Assembly (NCBI GenBank): GCA_046758705.1
Contig: JBHIAT010000042.1
Location: 1-23,170, forward strand
Length of the DNA: 23,170 nucleotides
Reading direction: 5' to 3'
DNA from: Candidatus Bipolaricaulia bacterium
Lineage (GTDB): Bacteria; Bipolaricaulota; Bipolaricaulia; JBHIAT01
This document shows positions 1-8,524 of this stretch, piece by piece (positions within the stretch are counted from its first letter, which is position 1; every line of letters starts with the position of its first letter). Both the position numbers and the translations under genes were made by a program. The notes under the pieces were generated by a model. The model was not told the origin of the DNA. It did not search any database and saw nothing but the letters and a program-made list of their open reading frames with translations.

Positions 1-13
1 TGCTATGGGCCGG

Positions 14-2356
14 TTATGTCAAACGGAAATCCTCTTCCCGGTTTTTATATAGGTTGCTGAGCAAGATCGCGACGCCCGGCTTGTCCCCCAGTTCGCGTCG
101 CAGGTCCAGGCTCTCCTCGTAGAGCACTGTCGCTCGCTCGTAGTCCCCCTGCTCGTGTGTCAACACACCCGCCCCATGGAGCGCCTTCGCCCGCACCGAC
201 GCTGATACATCGCGGTCCTCTCCCTTTGCCAGCGCCCCTTCCAGCCACCTACGTCCCTCGCTCAGATAACCTCGCATGTGCCAGAACCCCCACAGCGCCC
301 CGCCCAACCGCAACTCCGCCTCCGCCTCCCCGTTCTGCTCAAACCACACCAGCGCTGCCCGCAGGTTGTCATGCTCTACCTCCAGTCGATCTAGCCACAT
401 CCTCTGATCTGGTCCCTCAAGCTTGGGCTCCGCCTGTTCAGCCAACGCAAGGTAGTAGTCGGCGTGCGTGCGCCGGATTGCCTCTGACTCCCCGCTCGCC
501 TCCAATCGCTCCAACCCATACTCCCGAATCGTCTCCAGTATCAGAAACCGAGGCTCCCCGTCCGCCTGCTCCTTCCGCCGCAGCAGGTTCTTGTCCACCA
601 GCGATGCTAACCCGTCTAATATGTCCATCTTCAGCTCCAGGTTGTCTGCCCCGATGCACACCGCCTCGGCTGCCTCGAGCGTGCCGCCCCCGACAAAGAC
701 CGATAGCCGCTCAAACAGTGTCCTCTCGCCAGTGTTCAGCAGATCGTAGCTCCAGTCGATCGTGTCTCGCAGCGTCTGCTGGCAGGCCGGCAGGTCCCGC
801 GCTCCCCCCGTCAACAGCTTGAGTCGGTTCCCGAGCCGCGCCAGCAAGGCCTGCGGTGAGAGCAGCTTGATCCGGGCGGCAGCGAGCTCGATGGCCAGCG
901 GCAAACCATCCAGGCGAATGCAGATCTCGGCGACCGCCGGGGCGTTCTCGTCGGTGACCGCAAAGTCAGGCTTCACGGCGACCGCACGCTCGATGAACAG
1001 GCGAACCGCCTCGTACTGCGTCAGGCGTTCGATAGCCAGCGGGCGCTTGCCGTCGGACCCAGGCAGCGCCAGCGGTGGCACCGGGAACACGTGCTCACCG
1101 CGCACGTGGCAGGGCTCCCGGCTGGTCACCAGCACCTTCAGCTGAGGACAGGCTGCCACCAGCTCCACCACCTGGGGTGCCGCTGCCACGACCTGCTCGA
1201 AGTTGTCGAGCACCAGCAGCATCTGCTTGCCCCGCAGCGATGCCTTCAAGATGTCGAGCAGCGGTCGTCCTTCGGCTTCCTTGACGCCTAGCGTCTGGGC
1301 AATGGTGGAGACCACCAGTCCAGGGTCGCTGATGGGAGCCAGGTCTACAAAGCAAGCGCCATCCTCGAAGTGATCGATCAAGTCGGCTACCACCTGCAGT
1401 CCCAGGCGGGTTTTACCCGTGCCACCGGGACCCGTGAGCGTCAGCAGGCGCATCTCCTCGTCCAACAGGCGTACCTGCACAACGGCCCGTTCCTTGTCAC
1501 GCCCGATGAAACGAGTCAACGGGATGGGCAGATTGTTAGGAACGGCTCGGGGAGGTTCAAGGATTTCACCGTTGCGTATCTGCCGATAAAGCTCACGGGT
1601 CTCCGGTGCGGGCTCCACATCCAGCTCGTCTCTGAGCACCTCGACGCACGCTTCATAGACGTTTAGCGCTTTCCTCGGCTCGCCCGCATAGGAGTGATAA
1701 CGCATCTGCTGGCGATAGCCTTCCTCGCGGTAGGGATCCAGCTCGATCATCCGTTGACAATACTCGATCGCTTGGGGATAGTTTCTCAGGCGCGCGTGGC
1801 ACTCCGCCAGCCGTCCCAGGGCGGTCAGATACAGTTCTCGCCAGCGCTCTCGGGGGAGAATCGACCACTCCTCGTAAAGATCTTCGGCCAGATAATCGCC
1901 ACGATACAACTCGACCGCCTGCTGGTACTGTTCCAGGGCCTGTGACCAGAGATCTCCCTCTTCTAACTCCCGTGCGGACTCTACGCACGGGTGAAATGCC
2001 TCGGTGTCCATCCAGCAGGGGGCGTTCTCGCTGAAGCAGTAGCCTCCCCCGACGCGCAGAATGAACTGGGAGTCGGCGCCCCGTTTGAGGTCCGGTTCCA
2101 GGGTGCGGCGCAATTCGCTGATCCGTTTGTGCAAGTTCCGAGCGGCTTTATCCGGATCGAGGTTGGGGAACAGGGCATCGATGAGTTGGTCTTGAGTGAA
2201 CACGCGGCCGCGCTCGGTGAGGAGGATTTTGAGGAGCGTTTGCGTCTTGCGCCGGGACCAGGCTTGGGGAGGAATGGGTTCATGGTCATGCCAGGTCTCA
2301 AAATGCCCCAAGAGTTTCACTTTGAGTCCGAAGTCATTCGTCCGAGTCTGCTCCAT
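14..2356 (-). CDS. AfsR/SARP-family transcriptional regulator (OmpR-type wHTH + BTAD + NB-ARC-like ATPase + start of TPR region), probably 3'-truncated
   Basis: N-terminal 'VKLLGHF...LLKILLTERGRVFTQDQLIDALFP' wHTH; BTAD 'LYRGDYLAEDLYEEW...DPYREEGYRQQMR...ELDVEP'; 'NNLPIPLTRFIGR', Walker A GPGGTGKT, Walker B 'LLVLDNFE', 'LDGLPLAIELAAAR'. The TPR stops mid-repeat at 'AILLSNL' and is followed by an unrelated tail. Confidence 0.9.
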   Translation of the reverse strand: MEQTRTNDFGLKVKLLGHFETWHDHEPIPPQAWSRRKTQTLLKILLTERGRVFTQDQLIDALFPNLDPDKAARNLHKRISELRRTLEPDLKRGADSQFILRVGGGYCFSENAPCWMDTEAFHPCVESARELEEGDLWSQALEQYQQAVELYRGDYLAEDLYEEWSILPRERWRELYLTALGRLAECHARLRNYPQAIEYCQRMIELDPYREEGYRQQMRYHSYAGEPRKALNVYEACVEVLRDELDVEPAPETRELYRQIRNGEILEPPRAVPNNLPIPLTRFIGRDKERAVVQVRLLDEEMRLLTLTGPGGTGKTRLGLQVVADLIDHFEDGACFVDLAPISDPGLVVSTIAQTLGVKEAEGRPLLDILKASLRGKQMLLVLDNFEQVVAAAPQVVELVAACPQLKVLVTSREPCHVRGEHVFPVPPLALPGSDGKRPLAIERLTQYEAVRLFIERAVAVKPDFAVTDENAPAVAEICIRLDGLPLAIELAAARIKLLSPQALLARLGNRLKLLTGGARDLPACQQTLRDTIDWSYDLLNTGERTLFERLSVFVGGGTLEAAEAVCIGADNLELKMDILDGLASLVDKNLLRRKEQADGEPRFLILETIREYGLERLEASGESEAIRRTHADYYLALAEQAEPKLEGPDQRMWLDRLEVEHDNLRAALVWFEQNGEAEAELRLGGALWGFWHMRGYLSEGRRWLEGALAKGEDRDVSASVRAKALHGAGVLTHEQGDYERATVLYEESLDLRRELGDKPGVAILLSNLYKNREEDFRLT

Positions 2357-2511
2357 CGGAGGGTCTCCTCATGAGACAAGCACCTTCACTTATCTATTTT
2401 ATACACCCTCTGAGTGCTCCTGTACAAGTGTCTGTGAATCGGCTCAACACAACCAGGAGTTTAACGAGATGGGCATTATACCAAGTTCTGGAAGAAGGAT
2501 GAGAGCTATAT

Positions 2512-2543
2512 GGGATAAAAAAGGGACATCCACCTGTTATAAA
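2512..2543 (+). promoter_or_regulatory. Candidate SARP-type direct-repeat operator plus extended -10 for the small peptide gene
   Basis: GGGATAA (2512-2518) and GGGACAT (2523-2529) are 11 bp apart and end 8 nt before TG-t-TATAAA (-10 at 2538-2543). The geometry matches SARP-activated promoters, but the motif is short. Confidence 0.35.
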
Positions 2544-2710
2544 CACATTAGAACTTCCGACCCAGCAAAAGGAGTAACGGCCAGCCAGACATCGCATACG
2601 ATAACATCCCACATCAACCCCTTCGAGAGCGGAGCCGGTTCACCCTCACTAACGGATGGACCGGGGCTCTAAGAAGATGGAAAGGGGAAAGGGGAAAGGA
2701 GGTGGAAACG

Positions 2711-2821
2711 ATGAAGTCTCGACTGTTGAAGTCTCGACTGTTGAAGGCGTTCCTGATCCTGCTACCCGTGGTCGGTGTGTTGCTCGCAGGTGGGGCTCCG
2801 ATGCGAATCCGGGGGGGTTAA
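2711..2821 (+). CDS. 36-aa small signal-peptide-like protein MKSRLLKSRLLKAFLILLPVVGVLLAGGAPMRIRGG (below the ORF-track cutoff)
   Basis: Strong Shine-Dalgarno AAAGGAGGTG just upstream of ATG 2711; TAA at 2819-2821. Basic n-region, hydrophobic h-region, small-residue 'AGGA' c-region and a short tail. Confidence 0.7.
   Translation: MKSRLLKSRLLKAFLILLPVVGVLLAGGAPMRIRGG
2712..2746 (+). repeat. In-frame 15-bp tandem duplication (TGAAGTCTCGACTGT x2 + TGAAG) encoding KSRLL twice
   Basis: Exact repeat read directly from the sequence; its length is a multiple of 3. Confidence 0.9.
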
Positions 2822-3000
2822 ACCCTTCGCTAAGCTCCTGGCTGGCCGTCTCCTGAATCTTTAGCAGAGCGGATCGTGAAGCTTCTCCTCGTTTTCTTAA
2901 AGGAATTGCAAAGTGGTTGGTCCAGAAGAGGCAGGAGATGAAGAAAACTCTCAATGCTTATTGGATGATCAAATCCGAAGTTCGGATCCCACGGCCTCAT

Positions 3001-3945
3001 TCACCCTCCCCCCCGCTCATACGGGAGGGTGAGTGCAGCCGGTGCGCCCAGCCGCTGGCGGATCTTTCGTCGAGAGGTGAGCACCAACACCAGGATCGGT
3101 GCCACATAGGGCAGCATCGATATCAGGTCGACGGGGACGGCGATGCCCGCCGCCTGGAGTCGGAGCTGCAGCCCCTCGATCCCGCCGAACAGGTATGCTC
3201 CCAGAATCGCCCGCTGCGGCCTCCAAAACGCGAAGATGACGAGCGCGATCGCGATCCAGCCGCGACCGGCGGTCATCCCCGACTGCCACGACTTCATCAC
3301 CGCGAGCGAGATGTACGCGCCGCTGGCCCCGGCCAATATCCCGCTGAGGAAGACAGACAAATAGCGGATGCGAGCCACACTGATCCCCAGCGTGTCGGCC
3401 GTCTCCGGGCTCTCTCCGACCGCGGTGATCGCCAGCCCCAACCGCGTCTTGAACAGGAATACCCAGATGATCGGGACGAGCAGCATCGCCAGGTAGACGA
3501 GGATGTCATGCTGGAACAGCATCCTGCCCAAGTGTGGGATGTCGCTCAACCCTGGGATATGGAGCGCGGAGAACCGGCTTTGGATCGTCTGACCGACCAT
3601 CGGGACGCCGAAGAAGTTGGTCAGACCGATCCCCATGAGGACCAGCATGATGCCACTGATCACCTGATTGGCCTTGATCGTGACCGACAGAAAAGCGTGG
3701 ATCAGGCTCAACGCACCGGCGGCCAGCGCCCCGATCAGAAAACCAAGCCATGCGCTGTCGGTGTAGAAGGTGCCCATGAACCCGGTGAGCGCCCCCACCA
3801 GCATCAGGCCCTCGAGGCCGAGGTTGAGGACGCCGGAGCGCTCGGCGATGATCTCGCCCAACGTCGCATACAACAACGGCGTTCCGGAGCGGATCGCTGC
3901 CGCAATCACCGACACGAAGAACGAGACGGTGAATACCTCAGACAT
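3001..3945 (-). CDS. Nucleoside/simple-sugar ABC transporter permease (NupQ/YufQ-like)
   Basis: 'TPLLYATLGEIIAERSGVLNLGLEG', 'AVGESPETADTLGISV', 'MTAGRGWIAIALVIF', terminal 'APAALTLPYER'. Confidence 0.93.
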   Translation of the reverse strand: MSEVFTVSFFVSVIAAAIRSGTPLLYATLGEIIAERSGVLNLGLEGLMLVGALTGFMGTFYTDSAWLGFLIGALAAGALSLIHAFLSVTIKANQVISGIMLVLMGIGLTNFFGVPMVGQTIQSRFSALHIPGLSDIPHLGRMLFQHDILVYLAMLLVPIIWVFLFKTRLGLAITAVGESPETADTLGISVARIRYLSVFLSGILAGASGAYISLAVMKSWQSGMTAGRGWIAIALVIFAFWRPQRAILGAYLFGGIEGLQLRLQAAGIAVPVDLISMLPYVAPILVLVLTSRRKIRQRLGAPAALTLPYERGGG

Positions 3946-5124
3946 TTAGCTTCTCCTCCACCGGATCCGATACCGGGCCAGAAACTCGCCGCCGATGATG
4001 AAGAAGATGACCAGCGCCTGGATGATATCGGCGATGGCCACCGGCACCTGAACCGTCTCCCCGGCGGCAAAGATCGAGTCGAAGCTGGACAACTGCATGG
4101 ACGACCCGCCGATGAGCAACATTCCGAAGAACACGGCCGAGAGGATCACACCGAGCGGATGCCCTTTACCGAGCAGGGCGACGACAATCCCGGTGAAGCC
4201 GTAGTTGGGCGAGATACCCGGCCGCAGGCGTCTGTGGATGCCACTCACCTCACCGAACCCAGCCAGGGCAGCGAGTGCCCCGCCGATCACCATGATGATC
4301 AGAATGATCTTGACCTTGCTGATCCCGCCGAGCTCGGCGACCGTCGGGTTGGCGCCCACCATCTTGATCTCATAGCCAAACCGGGTCTTGAGAAACACGA
4401 AGTAGATCAACACGGCGGCGGCAATGGCGATGAACAGGCCGGCGTGCAGCCGGGTGTTCCAAAACCGGGGCAGCCAGCCCGCTTGGGTGAACATCTCGGT
4501 GAGCGGAAAGTTGAACCCGAACGGGTCCCGCCACGGGCCGATGACGAGGTAGTTGACCCAAAAGATGGCGATGATGTTCATCAACAGGGTGGTAATAATC
4601 TCATTCACGCCAAGCTTTGCTTTGAAGAAAGCGGGGATGAACGCCCAGGCTCCGCCGGCGAGGGCGCCGGCGAGCGCCATCACACCGAGGAGCACTGGCG
4701 CTGGAAGCCCGGCCTCTGTGTTGATGGCCATGAGCGCGACCCCGGTCGCCGCGAACGCCCCCATGTGCAGCTGACCTTCACCTCCGATGTTCCACAGACC
4801 TGCCTTCAGCGGCAGGGCAACCGCCAGACCAGTGAAGATCAACGGTGTCGCCTTGACCAACAGTTCCGAGAAGTAGAAGCTCGCTGACGATCCACTGCCG
4901 AAGAGCTTTGCATAAGCGTCCAACGGGTTGACCCCCAGGGCGATCAGCGGAATCGTTCCCACCACCAGCGCTCCAAGGACGCTTGCCACCGGAGTGAGAA
5001 TCTGAGCTGGTCGAGAGATGACCTCACGCTGCTCGATCTGCAGACCCCCCCACCCCGGCACCGCAGCTGTAGCTCCGCCGACCTGCACCGCTTCGGCTTC
5101 GGCCTTCACTTCTTCGGCTCCCAT
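3946..5124 (-). CDS. Nucleoside/simple-sugar ABC transporter permease (NupP/YufP-like)
   Basis: 'ATPLIFTGLAV...AGLWNIGGEGQ', 'VNEIITTLLMN', 'GFTGIVVALLG'; multiple TM helices; directly abuts the second permease. Confidence 0.93.
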   Translation of the reverse strand: MGAEEVKAEAEAVQVGGATAAVPGWGGLQIEQREVISRPAQILTPVASVLGALVVGTIPLIALGVNPLDAYAKLFGSGSSASFYFSELLVKATPLIFTGLAVALPLKAGLWNIGGEGQLHMGAFAATGVALMAINTEAGLPAPVLLGVMALAGALAGGAWAFIPAFFKAKLGVNEIITTLLMNIIAIFWVNYLVIGPWRDPFGFNFPLTEMFTQAGWLPRFWNTRLHAGLFIAIAAAVLIYFVFLKTRFGYEIKMVGANPTVAELGGISKVKIILIIMVIGGALAALAGFGEVSGIHRRLRPGISPNYGFTGIVVALLGKGHPLGVILSAVFFGMLLIGGSSMQLSSFDSIFAAGETVQVPVAIADIIQALVIFFIIGGEFLARYRIRWRRS

Positions 5125-5193
5125 AGGCCCTGTTTTACCTCTTTTCTCCTCGACCCTTATATCTTTTTTACTACCGCATTCACTTTCTAACTT

Positions 5194-6732
5194 TTAACTT
5201 TCTAACTTTCCAACTGATTCGCCGGCCATCATCAGGCCGATCTCCTCATGATCCGCCCCCGGCCTGGCGGACCTCAATTGTCCTTCATAGATCACCAAGA
5301 TCCGATCGGCCAGATCGACGAGCTCATCCAGATCCTCCGAGATCAACAGGATGGCCGTCCCATCCGCTTTGGTCTCCACCAGCTTGTTGCGAACGTACTC
5401 GATGGCGCCCACGTCCAAGCCACGGGTCGGTTGGTCGGCGATCAGCAGCTTCGGGGCTCGGGCAAGCTCTCGGGCAAGGATGAGCTTCTGGAGATTCCCG
5501 CCAGAGAGCTGCTTCGTCCGAACCTCCACCGAAGGCGTGCGCACATCGAAATCCTCGATCAACTCCTGCGCATACGCCTTGATCTCCCGATGCCTCAGCA
5601 ACCAGTTTTTGGAGAACCGCTTATCCCGATAAGCCTTCAGAATCAGATTGTCGGCGACCGAAAGGTCGGGGGCCAAGCCTTGGGAGATCCGATCCTCGGG
5701 GATGTAACCGATCCCGTGGTTGAGAAATTTACGCGGTGAGGCGTTGGTGAGGTCAGCACCGTCGATTCGCACCTGCCCGTTCGTTGCCTTGCGCATCCCG
5801 GTGAGCACCTCGACCAGCTCTTTCTGGCCGTTGCCGGAGACCCCGGCAAGCCCGACGATTTCCCCTTGACGGATAGAGAGGGAAACATCTTTAAGGGCAG
5901 GCAGCCCTTTGTCGTCGAACGCCTCCACCCCGTCAACCTCGATGACCGGTTCTCCGACCTCGGCACTGACCTGCTCGGTCTCGAACAGCACCTCCCGGCC
6001 GACCATCATCCTGGCCAGCGCGGTGCGATCGGTTTCGGCGGTGGAGACGGTAGTCACCACCTGGCCCTTACGCAACACCGTCACCCGGTCGGTGACCGCG
6101 GTCACCTCTTTGAGTTTGTGGGTGATGAAGATGACGGTCAGGCCCTGCTCCACCAGCGATTCGATCGTCTGGAACAGGGCATCGACCTCCTGGGGGGTGA
6201 GGACTGCGGTCGGCTCATCCATGATCAGAAGATCGGCCCCGCGATACAACGCTTTGATGACCTCCACCCGCTGCTGTTCGCCCATCGACAACTCCCAGAT
6301 CTTCGCATCCGGGTCGACCTCCAGACCGTACGCCTCCGAGATGCGAAAGACCTCGGCCCGGGCCCGCTTGAGATCGAGCAGCGGACCGCCGTTACCCTTG
6401 AGCCCCAGGATGATGTTCTCGGTGACCGAGATGGTCGGCACGAGCATGAAGTGCTGATGGACCATACCGATCCCCAATGCGAGGGCATCCTTGGGGGAGG
6501 CAATCCGGACCGGTTTGCCACGCAATTGGATCACCCCACGGTCTGGCTGATAAAGACCGTAGAGGATGCGCATTAACGTCGTCTTGCCGGCACCGTTCTC
6601 TCCCAACAGCCCGTGAATCTCACCGGCCTCGACCTGCAGATCGACGCTGTCGTTGGCCAATACACCGGGGAATTGTTTGGTGATCCCGATCATCTCGAGG
6701 AGCGGCGGGGAGGTTTCGACCACATTTGCCAT
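5194..6732 (-). CDS. ABC transporter ATP-binding protein, CUT2-type with two fused ABC domains (NupO/YufO-like)
   Basis: GENGAGKT, 'GIGMVHQHFML', 'LIMDEPT', second domain 'LSGGNLQK', 'LLISEDLDE'. Start moved to ATG 6732 (GAGG SD upstream) because the track start at 6798 lies inside the promoter. Confidence 0.93.
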   Translation of the reverse strand: MANVVETSPPLLEMIGITKQFPGVLANDSVDLQVEAGEIHGLLGENGAGKTTLMRILYGLYQPDRGVIQLRGKPVRIASPKDALALGIGMVHQHFMLVPTISVTENIILGLKGNGGPLLDLKRARAEVFRISEAYGLEVDPDAKIWELSMGEQQRVEVIKALYRGADLLIMDEPTAVLTPQEVDALFQTIESLVEQGLTVIFITHKLKEVTAVTDRVTVLRKGQVVTTVSTAETDRTALARMMVGREVLFETEQVSAEVGEPVIEVDGVEAFDDKGLPALKDVSLSIRQGEIVGLAGVSGNGQKELVEVLTGMRKATNGQVRIDGADLTNASPRKFLNHGIGYIPEDRISQGLAPDLSVADNLILKAYRDKRFSKNWLLRHREIKAYAQELIEDFDVRTPSVEVRTKQLSGGNLQKLILARELARAPKLLIADQPTRGLDVGAIEYVRNKLVETKADGTAILLISEDLDELVDLADRILVIYEGQLRSARPGADHEEIGLMMAGESVGKLES

Positions 6733-6785
6733 CCAAAATACCTCGCGGTTATCGGGTGCGTTGCTAGATTGCGACGAACCGTCTT

Positions 6786-6826
6786 TTGACAGGTTCATTA
6801 TATTTGACTTAAAATGAGCCTGTCAA
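6786..6826. promoter_or_regulatory. Symmetric overlapping divergent sigma70-type promoters
   Basis: Plus strand TTGACA (6786-6791), 18 bp, TAAAAT (6810-6815). Minus strand TTGACA (6826-6821), 18 bp, TATAAT (6802-6797). Arms TTGACAGGTTCATT / AATGAGCCTGTCAA form a 13/14 inverted repeat. Confidence 0.75.
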
Positions 6827-6933
6827 CCGGTGCTATGCCGGGCGATTTCATCGAAAAAATCGTTCAGGGTCGGGTCGACCGGGCCGGCAATCTCCGTGAC
6901 GACATCCGACCCAATCATGAGGGGGGTATATAC

Positions 6934-8493
6934 ATGTCTATATCACCAAAGAGCCGGATCAGCCGGCGGACGTTTCTGAAGGGCGTGATGGGGGGAGCGG
7001 TCGCGGTCGGCCTCGCCCCAGGCCTGATTGCCTTCGGTCAGCCCCGACTGCGTGCGGGGTTCATCTATCTGACCTCACCGGGGGATGCTGGTTGGACGTT
7101 CCGACACGAACAGGGACGGCGGTTTGCCGAGCAACAGTTCGCTGCCTCAGAGCTGGGCCAGGAGTTCAGGCTGGAGACGGTTGCGACGGAAAACGTCTCC
7201 GATCCGGATGCCGAGCGGGTGGCGCGCGGGTTTGCCGCCCAGAGGTTCGACGTCGTGTTTGCCACCAGCTTCGGGTTCATGGATGGGACGCTGGCAGCGG
7301 CATTCGATTTCCCGAACGTCCATTTTGAGCACTGCTCAGGCTTCAAGGTCGGGGCGAACATGGGCAACTACTTCGGCCGGATGTATCAGGCCCGCTACCT
7401 CTCCGGCCTGGTCGCCGGTGCGATGACCCAGAGGAACGTTCTCGGCTATGTGGCCGCTATTCCGATCCCCGAGGTCATCCGCATCCTGAACGCCTTCTAC
7501 CTGGGAGCCAAAACGGTCAACCCGGAGGTGACGATGCGCGTCGTCGGGCTGGGCACGTTCTTTGACCCACCCAAGGCCCGAGAGTCGGCGTTCGCGCTCA
7601 TCGAGGCTGGGGCTGATGTGGTGACGATGCATGAGGACACGCCGGCGGTCCCTCAGGCGGCTGAAGAGCGGGGTGTCTTCTCGGTCAGCTATCAGTCCGA
7701 CATGTCAAAGTTCGCCCTCAACTCCCACCTCACCGGCGTCTTCTGGAACTGGGGCCCCTACTACCTCCAGACGCTCGAGACGCTGGCCCAGGCCAAGCTG
7801 AGCGGAGCGCGCTACCCGATTCGCACCGTGTGGAGCGGGTTCGAGAACAAAGAAGGGTTCGTCGAACCGATGGTCGGGATCTCCAACGAGGTCGGCGGCG
7901 GATCGAGCGGCCTGATCAACGAGCTCCTGATCAGACGGTTGGCTGGGGCTAGCAAGGTCCGGGAGATCCTGAACCTGGTTGAGAAAAAGCAAAAGGAGCT
8001 TCTCAACGACCCGTTCTTGGGGAACGGGGTGATCTTCCAGGGGCCGATCCGAGATGACCAGACCGGAGAGGTGACAATTCCCGACGGCATTGTCCCCTCG
8101 GACCTCCATCTGCTCAGCATGGACTATCCCGTCGAAGGTGTCTCCGGCCCTGGTTTCTTCCCGGACAGGAGTTCGGCTCTGCCTGCCTTTGAAGGAATTC
8201 GTAACACCGATCAGGTGGTGATCACGTTCAACGGCCGGGCGAGCGGGATCGGTTTCCTTAATCTCACCATCACGACGGTCGACGGAAGCAAGGGGTTCTC
8301 ATCCGGGCCACGCGGGTTCCCACCGGGTACGCCCGCAATGGACGTTGCCACTGCGTTCCGACAGGCGTTCACCGCCGACGGCACGTTCGAGGTGGGCGGG
8401 GAGACCCGGGTGATCACGATCTCTGCTATGGAGCCGCTCAATGTCTCCGCTCAATCCGGAGACGGCGGGATCCGAATCGAGGTGTTCCGATAG
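6934..8493 (+). CDS. BMP-family (purine nucleoside-type) ABC substrate-binding protein with Tat signal and a C-terminal extension
   Basis: SD GAGGGGGG before ATG 6934; twin-arginine 'SRRTFLK'; BMP motifs 'GDAGWTFRHEQGR', 'FATSFGFM', 'YFGRMYQARYLSGLVAG', 'PIPEVIR..NAF', 'WNWGPYY'. Confidence 0.9.
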   Translation: MSISPKSRISRRTFLKGVMGGAVAVGLAPGLIAFGQPRLRAGFIYLTSPGDAGWTFRHEQGRRFAEQQFAASELGQEFRLETVATENVSDPDAERVARGFAAQRFDVVFATSFGFMDGTLAAAFDFPNVHFEHCSGFKVGANMGNYFGRMYQARYLSGLVAGAMTQRNVLGYVAAIPIPEVIRILNAFYLGAKTVNPEVTMRVVGLGTFFDPPKARESAFALIEAGADVVTMHEDTPAVPQAAEERGVFSVSYQSDMSKFALNSHLTGVFWNWGPYYLQTLETLAQAKLSGARYPIRTVWSGFENKEGFVEPMVGISNEVGGGSSGLINELLIRRLAGASKVREILNLVEKKQKELLNDPFLGNGVIFQGPIRDDQTGEVTIPDGIVPSDLHLLSMDYPVEGVSGPGFFPDRSSALPAFEGIRNTDQVVITFNGRASGIGFLNLTITTVDGSKGFSSGPRGFPPGTPAMDVATAFRQAFTADGTFEVGGETRVITISAMEPLNVSAQSGDGGIRIEVFR

Positions 8494-8524
8494 AGATAGA
8501 GTCAGGAGGTCAACAGAGACCAAG

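Noticed and set aside
17-26. TGTCAAACGG shared with 17794-17803
   Set aside because: Mostly the -35 hexamer; four extra matching bases are not significant.
2196-2954. Intergenic ORFs 2196..2672, 2394..2612, 2649..2954, 2656..2856
   Set aside because: No protein-like features or convincing SD; the 2711..2821 frame explains the region better.
2917-4887. 656-aa plus-strand ORF
   Set aside because: Antisense shadow of two well-supported permeases in high-GC DNA; no recognisable domain.
5172-5215. Imperfect short tandem repeat (CTTTCTAA-like)
   Set aside because: Low-complexity run at a gene end with no supportable function.
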